From Eledone cirrhosa (lineage: Eukaryota), in assembly GCA_964016885.1 (NCBI GenBank), contig CAXHJY010001585.1, positions 1 to 25,924 of the forward strand: DNA of 25,924 nt, written 5' to 3'. The notes beneath the pieces were generated by a model. The model was not told the DNA's origin, made no database searches, and was given only the letters and a program-made list of their open reading frames with translations. Both the position numbers and the translations under genes were made by a program. This document shows positions 17,652-25,924 of this stretch, piece by piece. Positions within the stretch are counted from its first letter, which is position 1. Every line of letters begins with the position of its first letter.

Positions 17652-17745
17652 AAACAAAGGTGTGCAGATGTACCATAACGCACCAGAGTACTCGATACTT
17701 AGGGTAGTAGAGTGGATAATAGGAAACGAGTGGGGGACCTCACGA
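17652..17745 (-). mobile_element. Diverged family B fragment
   Basis: ccataacgcaccagagtactcgatacttagggtagtagagtggataataggaa matches the reverse complement of 16449-16501. Confidence 0.8.
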
Positions 17746-17769
17746 TTCTCCTAGAACTACATATATATA

Positions 17770-18089
17770 TTTCGTTTCTGAATTTGTTTAGCAAGATTCT
17801 TTATCTGAAAACGTGTGTTGAAACCGATATTGAAACCGATACACAAAAACAAGATGGCGTAGGACAGAACAAAGGAGAGGCACAAAACAAAGAAAAGAAT
17901 CCCCAGTCACTGAAGAGGTAACATACGTGTGACGAAAGAACTTTGACAATATATGAACAACCCTCCGGTTGTGGAACCAACCGGAAATTTATAAAATTAA
18001 TATTTATAAAATTTATAATAAATTGAAGTGAAAGCATCTGGTGCGTGTGTTTCTTATTGGCAACATGACCCTCCCAAAGTATAACAATA
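17770..18089 (+). mobile_element. ~320-bp hammerhead-bearing element (family D)
   Basis: Its termini are shared with 8435-8482 and it has a central ribozyme. Confidence 0.75.
17906..17947 (+). ncRNA. Minimal type I hammerhead ribozyme
   Basis: gtca CTGAAGA ggtaaca-tacg-tgtgac GAAA gaac TT tgac. Stem I is 4 bp and the triplet is CUU. Confidence 0.75.
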
Positions 18090-18769
18090 CATGTTTATAT
18101 ATATATACATATAACTACATCTATGTATGTATATATGTATGTATATATATGTATATATATATATATATAATACTACATCTATGAAAATACGTGTGTATGT
18201 GTGAGTATCTGTACATTCATCTTCACTGTGGCAAATCGAATTTACACAATCTGAAAGAAATCATGGTCCGGTAAGTGAATAGGAAACATACACAGATCAA
18301 TGATCTTGTTATTGGGTTTAATCCTAGCGCCTTATACTTTTATATCATAATACCATCGTCTAAGTATCATCGTAATCCTCGTGAGTGAAGCTTGATTATG
18401 GTAGCCTATATATATATAGCAATCTACAATCTACACATTTTCCGAGATGCAATACCAAATTCATCTTCAAGTATAATTGCCTGGTAACATAACATGACAC
18501 GTGGGTTTGCTACAGAGTTACAGAGTTATTATCCACTGTTGTTATTCATTGTAAAGAGTTGTTTGTTGTTTGAAACCAAAGTGTCAAAATATTCAAGATA
18601 TTCTCATTAAAACTAAGAAACATTTGGAGCCACGACATTAAGTTTAAAATGTGAAAGGATAAACGGAGGCTGTCAAATTTCGATAGATACGCTTCCTGTG
18701 ATGTCAGAAGAACGCATAATCTTACCTCATAGCAATTAAAAATATATACACATACAGACAGACAAACAG

Positions 18770-18817
<48 letters not shown>

Positions 18818-19157
18818 GTACATACATAAACACATATATAATACATCACACACACATGAATATATACACACACACATATATATACACATATATATATACA
18901 CACACACGCACATATACATATACACATATATAAATATACATATATATAATAACATATAAATATAGACACATATAATAGCATATGTATACATTATATATAC
19001 GTACAAACATACACAGATACGCACATTCATCTATATACACAGATACGCACATTCATCTATATACATACATACATACACACATACATATATATACACACAC
19101 AATCATAGATACACCCACACACGCATACACACACACATATATATATGGATACACAGA

Positions 19158-19240
19158 TAGCAATACCTGCTTGGGTGTACGTGTTGAATATGAAATCATA
19201 AATATACATATATAAACACACACATATATATATATATAAT

Positions 19241-19276
<36 letters not shown>

Positions 19277-19411
19277 TACACGTACAAACATACATACATA
19301 TACACACAATCATACACATACACACACAAAATCATATACACACCCACACATATATAGCAATAAATGTTTGGGTGTACGTGTTATACACACACACATACAT
19401 ATATATATAAT

Positions 19412-19447
<36 letters not shown>

Positions 19448-19566
19448 TACACGTACAAACATACATACATATACACACAATCATACACATACACACACAA
19501 AATCATATACACACCAACACATATATAGCAATAAATGTTTGGGTGTACGTGTTGAATATGAAATCG
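19158..19566. repeat. Local tandem duplication of a ~170-200-bp microsatellite-containing unit
   Basis: tagcaata...ttgggtgtacgtgtt recurs near 19158, 19355 and 19526 with matching intervening sequence. Confidence 0.85.
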
Positions 19567-19905
19567 TAAATGTTTGAATCCTTGTCAATTTCGAATTATC
19601 TGACATAATGAATAGAATCACAGAGAAAAAATATTTCGTTAGAAATCGTAATCAAAACTCATTGAATAACAACTTTTTAGTAATTGGAATAAAATATAAT
19701 AATTAGAAAAAGATTATCACCGACATCTCACCTTTATTTTCGTTTATCGATCTGGTACAGCCTCAGCTCATTGAATGATAATTTATTTTGCTGTCTATTA
19801 CATTTCTCCCCAATTGAAACACTGATAATTAAATTCGATCTGTTTGACGTAGATAATTATGATTGATTTAAAAAACAAAAACATTTTGATATTATCATCT
19901 CTATT

Positions 19906-19964
<59 letters not shown>

Positions 19965-20072
19965 AATTTACACGCACGCACACACACACATGTATAAATA
20001 TGTATGTCTGTATATATATATACACACACACACATATATATATATATATACATATATTTATACATACATATA

Positions 20073-20155
20073 CATAGTGTCACCCCCCGCAAATATGTAC
20101 ACATTTTAATTAGAAGGCTGTTGAATTCTGTATACATTATTTTGGGACGACCTAC
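20073..20155. mobile_element. Diverged copy of the 5137-5213 MITE
   Basis: Shared gtgtcacccc...attagaa.gctgttga...ttttgggac. Confidence 0.65.
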
Positions 20156-20727
20156 ACACACATATATATACACATATATGCACACACACATATATATACA
20201 CACACACACATATATATATACTGATTTTTATTAAATTATATTCATAAAAATCGATGTCTAATTATTTATGTATTTTCCAAATTGAAAATTTATCGCGATT
20301 TACAAATTATTTCAACCTCTAAACAGAATATCAAGATGTCTGCTTAAAGATATCAATTGAAAAAGAGACAGTGTTTTTTTAAGTGTGACTAAAATCTCAG
20401 CTTTAATTATTTATGAGTGAGCAATAGTGTAGAAGATGGCGTGGAAATTGGAAGTGGGATGGAAATCGGAATTTGATTTCAAATGTATAGTAAGTTGGGA
20501 TTATCTGAACATTTATATAATTATATGTGGCTACAGTCATGGCCATAAAAGCTGTGGTTATTCCCTGGGCTTAATAAACTCACACAACCACACATACATG
20601 CACTAATATGCATATAAACGTGCGTATATATATATATATATAGTAATAATAATAAATTTGAAGACTAAAATCCAAAGAGGGCTCGATAAGCAGCGATTCT
20701 TTGCTTAAACTTTAATCTGTTATTTTA

Positions 20728-20777
<50 letters not shown>

Positions 20778-20779
<2 letters not shown>

Positions 20780-20893
20780 ATGTGACCTCTTCAGGCAGTC
20801 CGAATTGGAGTTGCGACCGTTAGATGGTATTAGCAATTGGAAAGACCCATGGAAACATTGTTTCCTCGGTCCGGTTTGACGAAAGTTTGACGA
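20778..20893 (-). mobile_element. Repeat fragment ending in the 5' half of a hammerhead
   Basis: Minus strand ends actgc CTGAAGAG gtcacatac and then runs into microsatellite; upstream part homologous to 8898-8979. Confidence 0.6.
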
Positions 20894-21014
20894 TACATAT
20901 ATATACATATACATAAAAACAAAATTTGTTTTCACACTTCACATGGTCGATACCTACATGTATTCTTGAGTGAATAATAATAATATATGAATATCATATT
21001 ATTATTAAGGGCGG

Positions 21015-21147
21015 AGTTACGGCCCTTGCTATTCTGAGTTCAAATCCCACCGAGGTTAACTTTGCCTTTCATCCTTACGGGGTCGATAAAATAAAGTACG
21101 AGTAATGCACAGGGTAATTGCTGGCCTTGTGCCAACAAGTAGAAACA
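21015..21147 (+). mobile_element. 5'-truncated tRNA-derived SINE
   Basis: ctgagttcaaatcccaccgaggttaactttgcctttcatccttacggggtcgataaaataaagtac; flanked by attattaagggcgg at 21001-21014 and 21148-21161. Confidence 0.9.
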
Positions 21148-21277
21148 ATTATTAAGGGCGGTGGATGTTTAGGTTCACTGTGTCGAGGGGTAGAGTGTAG
21201 TATAATAGAATGTCATATTTTTTTTTTAATATATATACATTTATATATATATTTATATACATACATACATACATACA

Positions 21278-21308
<31 letters not shown>

Positions 21309-21313
21309 GTATG

Positions 21314-21349
<36 letters not shown>

Positions 21350-21778
21350 AATATATATATACATAAATATATGCACATATATATATATACATATATATAT
21401 ATACATATATATACATATATATATATACATATATATATATATACATATATATATATATGTGCACACATATATGTATATATTCATATATATATATGCACAC
21501 ATATATATATATATTCATATATATATATGCACACATATATATATATATATATATTCATATATATATATGCACATATATATGTATATATATATTCATATAT
21601 ATATATGCACATATATATGTATATATTTATACATATATATATATGTGTGCACACATATATGTATATATTCATATATATATATAGTAGTAATAAGAAAATG
21701 TGAAGACTAAAATCCAAAGAGGGCTCGATAAGGATAAATATATATCAAATATATAAGAACCGTAGAGCAAATATTTAT

Positions 21779-21924
21779 TAAAATAACAGATTAATGTTTA
21801 AGCAAAGAATCGCAGCTTTCTCCCTTAACGGAATCTTCTGAAACTGAAGTGTATTTGAGTTTCAGAAGATCCGGTTAGGGTGAAAGCAGCGATTCTTTGC
21901 TTAAATTTTTAATCTGTTATTTTA
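21779..21924. repeat. Fold-back element (family C), ~146-bp imperfect palindrome
   Basis: taaaataacagatta...cttctgaaact / agtttcagaag...taatctgttatttta. Confidence 0.85.
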
Positions 21925-22500
<576 letters not shown>

Positions 22501-22714
22501 TAAATGTGTGTGTGTGAGTATATTGTCCGATTTCTTCAGGTAATAAATAAACGTACATATGATTAAGAAATTTATTAAGTGTATTTGGATTGTCAGTATA
22601 TTAATACATATTATATAACCCCGCGCCCTCCCCCCACACAGAGAGAGAGAGAGAGAGAGATACATACACGTGTGTATTTATATATATATATATATATATA
22701 CACATATGTGTATG

Positions 22715-22771
<57 letters not shown>

Positions 22772-22854
22772 GTGGGGGGGGGGGATATATAATATTTATT
22801 AATATACTGAAAATCGAAATACACTTCATAAATTTCGTTATCATATCTACACAT

Positions 22855-23877
22855 AGGCATCCCTGCACCAGCCCCATCACCCGCCAAACCCTAATTGAGC
22901 TTGGAGGTCGCACCTCGCAGGTTTATAGCCCCACGGTGGGCCCATATAACCCTCATGATAGTGACCGCTCCGCACATCTGAGTGACACCACCCGAGCTCG
23001 ACCTGAGCTGTGCACAACCACGCGATGGCCCACGGCGGTCACCCAACAACCCCGCAAGAACAGGACCAGGAAGGTCACATGGCATAACCCTCCATACTCG
23101 GTGGGTCTACGTCCCAGCCTGGCTAGAACATTCTTTAGAGTACTGGATAAATGTTTCCCTAGGGCCCACAAGTACCATAAAATATTCAACAGGCACACGG
23201 TGAAACTTTCCTACTCAACCACACGCTCCGTAGCCCAGCACATAGCTGGCATAAATAGCAATAGGCTCACTGCCTCTAATACCACCGTAAACCCCGGAGC
23301 CACCCAACAGAACCAGCACGCGGGACGCAACGGAACCCAGACAGGCCCAACTAGCACACGAGAACTCAACGACCCTGTGTTGAATGCGGAGGCTACCCAG
23401 CCAACCTCGAGTGATGGTAACCACGCGGTACATGTGGTGGGGCTTAAGAAGTCATGTAATTACAGAGACCCATCACTATGCCCCCTTAGTAATGAATGCA
23501 TGACGAAAAACGTGGTCTAAAGGTGCAAGGTCACAACCCCTAACTCGGAGCACCACTACATAGGATCCACAGCGACGAGCTTCAAAGATCGGTGGTTTAA
23601 CCATCGCCATTCCTTTAACAGAATAGATAAGAGGAAATGTACGGCCCTTTCTGAATTGATCTGGAAGCTCAAACTGGAAAAGACCCCGCACTCTTTGGTC
23701 TGGTCCGTGGTTAGAAAGGTTCCCCCAGACAGAGGCGGGTTTGATATTTGCAACCTCTCATTTAGTGAGACACTCGAGATTCTTCATGGCGGAAACAAGC
23801 TATTAAACAGAAGAGCCGACTTATTCGGTGCCTGCAGACACCTAAGGACGGGAACTTTCCTCAAGATATATGGTTAA
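22855..23877 (+). pseudogene. PLE polyprotein C-terminus: RT thumb/linker plus GIY-YIG endonuclease, one in-frame stop
   Basis: RKVTWHNPPYS...CFPRAHKYHKIFNRHTVKLSYS, then CNYRDPSLCPLSNECMTKNVV*RCKV...HYIGSTATSFKDRWFNHRHSF...TALSELIWKLK...WSVV...CNLSFSE...LLNRRADLFGACRH. The ORFs at 22579-23520 and 23656-23877 are one frame across the TAA at 23518-23520. Confidence 0.9.
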
Positions 23878-24297
23878 ACCCCGGTTACGGCCCCCCCCCC
23901 CCTGTAAGTCCCCTACACCCCGTACCAATGACCAATGGACAACAACAACCACCCATAGTTTGTGGTCCCTATGGTGGATGGTCCACCGGATCCTCTACTG
24001 GTTAGGAGTCATCTAAACGACGTTTTATTGAACCTGATTTTATATATATATGTATATATATATATCATGTATATATATATATTTTATATGTGTATATATG
24101 TGTATTTTATATATATGTATGTATATATATGTATATATTTTATATATATATATATGTATATGTATGTGTATTTTATATATATATGTATGTATGTTTTATG
24201 TGTGTATATATTTTATGTATGTGTGTATTTTATGTATATATATATTTAATTTTTATATGTATATATTTTATATATATGTATGTTCTGTGTATATATA

Positions 24298-24330
<33 letters not shown>

Positions 24331-24970
24331 CTTGTGCGTACATACATGCATACATATATACACACCTGTATGGATTTGTGTGTGTAGATGTGTGAGTGTC
24401 TGAGGAGGTAGGTGTGAGTGCATGTACAAGTCAACCAGCATAAACCTTTTATTTCTAAATTTTCTAAACTATCTATGTATTGGACTCTAACCATTATTTT
24501 AAGTATTACCACCCCACATTTTGTATGTGTGGATGTGTGTGTGTGCGTCTGTGGAGGTGGCTGTGAGTGTAGTGCAAGCCAACCTACATAAGTCTTTTTA
24601 TTTGTAAATTTTCTACTCCAACCATAAATTTCAGTAGCACCACTCCACATAAATTCCTCAATTTAAGAATGACCTGTAGTATCTATTTCATACTATTAAC
24701 CTTATTTGAATATATATCTGACCAGGAATGCTTTTTGGGAAAATCAGTCATATGGAACTATTGTCATCTTGCCTGACGGTTTGAACTTTACAACAACACC
24801 TGCCTCTTTGAGGTCAAATACCAACCCTACTACCATCTACAAACTGACCAATGAGAATCATGACTATTCCTGCTGACAACATTAAATTGTACCTAACAAG
24901 CTCATATGTCCCAAGGCTCTGATACCATCAACACTATAAACACAGAGCTGGCATATCTAAGAACTGACTA

Positions 24971-25026
24971 ACTGCCTGATGAGGTCATAGTCATTCAATG
25001 GCTATCATCGAAATATATATAGCAGT
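24971..25026 (+). ncRNA. Type I hammerhead ribozyme in the PLE 3' end/pLTR
   Basis: actgc CTGATGA ggtcatagtcat-tca-atggctatcatc GAAA tatata TA gcagt, followed by aaataaagga. Confidence 0.92.
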
Positions 25027-25067
25027 AAATAAAGGATTATGAGTTCCTGCAATTGACTTATGTTTCG

Positions 25068-25132
<65 letters not shown>

Positions 25133-25443
25133 GTATGTGTGTATAATATTTATTAATATATTGAAAATCCAAATTCACTTCCAAAAACATTTACGTAATC
25201 ATATCCATGTATATTTATTAAAATGAAGAAATGAATAGAGTTACAATAAAAACACAGACACATACGCTAATAGAAACACTCACGTAGAAAGCTATATATA
25301 CAGATACATTCACACATGTGTGTGTGTTCATGAGGAGCGGAAATTAGAAACGAGTACACTCTCAATACTGTCAAGAAATACATATATCATATTCATGTAA
25401 ATTTTCTCTTCAAATCCAATATAAGTGATATGAATATAAATGC

Positions 25444-25480
<37 letters not shown>

Positions 25481-25527
25481 CATATATGTATGTACATATA
25501 TATATGTGTGCTTCATTAATTTCTTGT

Positions 25528-25704
25528 GGATTGGCAGTATCGGTAGAGGGTCGGACGCCATGCTTTCCAGCATAGTTACGTCCCTTTACCATCTGAGTTC
25601 AAATCCCGCCGAGGTTGACTTTGCCTTTCATCCTTACGGGGTTGATAAAATAAAGTACCAGTAATGCACTGGTAATTGCTGGCCTTGTGCCTAAAGTAGA
25701 AACA
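25528..25704 (+). mobile_element. tRNA-derived SINE, near full length (Nin-domain-like centre)
   Basis: A-box-like tggcagtatcggtag and B-box-like gagttcaaatcc; 13-bp TSD attaatttcttgt at 25515-25527 and 25705-25717. Confidence 0.9.
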
Positions 25705-25837
25705 ATTAATTTCTTGTCAAATGTGAAATGAATGTACTAAATTTTCCCATGTTAGGAGATATAAGAACATATATTTAAATGCAATACAGTGATGATTGAA
25801 TATCTATCTATCTCTCTCTAATTATATATATAAGGAC

Positions 25838-25924
25838 GGTCGATTGGCAGTATCGGTAGAGGGTCGGACGCCATGCTCTCCAGCATAGTTACGTCCCTTT
25901 ACGATCTGAGTTCAAATCCCGCCG
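25838..25924 (+). mobile_element. Second SINE copy, truncated by the window end
   Basis: Nearly identical to 25530-25611. Confidence 0.9.

Larger units (their letters stand above)
22855..25071 (+). mobile_element. 5'-truncated Penelope-like retroelement (Hydra-clade-like)
   Basis: GC-rich ORF remnant with a GIY-YIG domain, a ~1.2-kb 3' region and a hammerhead about 45 nt before an abrupt junction to pure (TA)n. Boundaries are approximate. Confidence 0.8.

Noticed and set aside
18430-18475. Minus-strand ttgaagatg...catctcggaaa
   Set aside because: The core is altered and there is no stem I complementarity.
19158-19566. CRISPR-like repeat-spacer pattern
   Set aside because: The spacers are duplicated microsatellite, the context is eukaryotic and there are no cas genes; this is a simple tandem duplication.
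22579-22854. N-terminal part of the 313-aa ORF
   Set aside because: It reads through microsatellites and a fold-back arm; the genuine PLE frame starts only in the GC-rich sequence near 22855.
24398-24430. ctgaggag motif (similar ones at 8643 and 14585)
   Set aside because: No downstream stem II followed by GAAA and NUH.
22788-25210. Similar sequences flanking the PLE taken as a TSD or LTRs
   Set aside because: They are too long and too diverged for a TSD, and a third inverted copy exists, so they are a separate repeat family.
25325-25362. atgaggag...gaaacgagta hammerhead-like string
   Set aside because: No CUGA and no stem II pairing.
25528-25611. tRNA gene
   Set aside because: A- and B-box-like motifs are present, but they form the head of a multicopy SINE with a TSD and I see no cloverleaf.

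Overview
Very AT-rich eukaryotic intergenic or intronic DNA, with no intact host gene that I can see. The SINE types and the load of (TA)n/(CA)n repeats suggest a mollusc, probably an octopus; this is inference. Over half the window is (TA)n-derived microsatellite, and almost all the long I/Y/C/M/V ORFs are artefacts of it. The only real coding remnant is a 5'-truncated Penelope-like retroelement (PLE) at about 22855-25071. It encodes the RT thumb/linker plus a C-terminal GIY-YIG endonuclease of Hydra-clade type, broken by one nonsense codon, and has a hammerhead ribozyme near its 3' end. The main observation is that the short islands between (TA)n tracts repeatedly contain minimal type I hammerhead ribozymes. 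Seven have complete cores, one has a single core substitution, and there are several halves or variants, from at least six sequence families on both strands. Two related families form fold-back palindromes centred on their ribozyme-like hairpin. Also present are tRNA-derived SINEs with target-site duplications, Tc1/mariner-type MITEs and one candidate 24-nt micro-exon. All structures were folded by eye.
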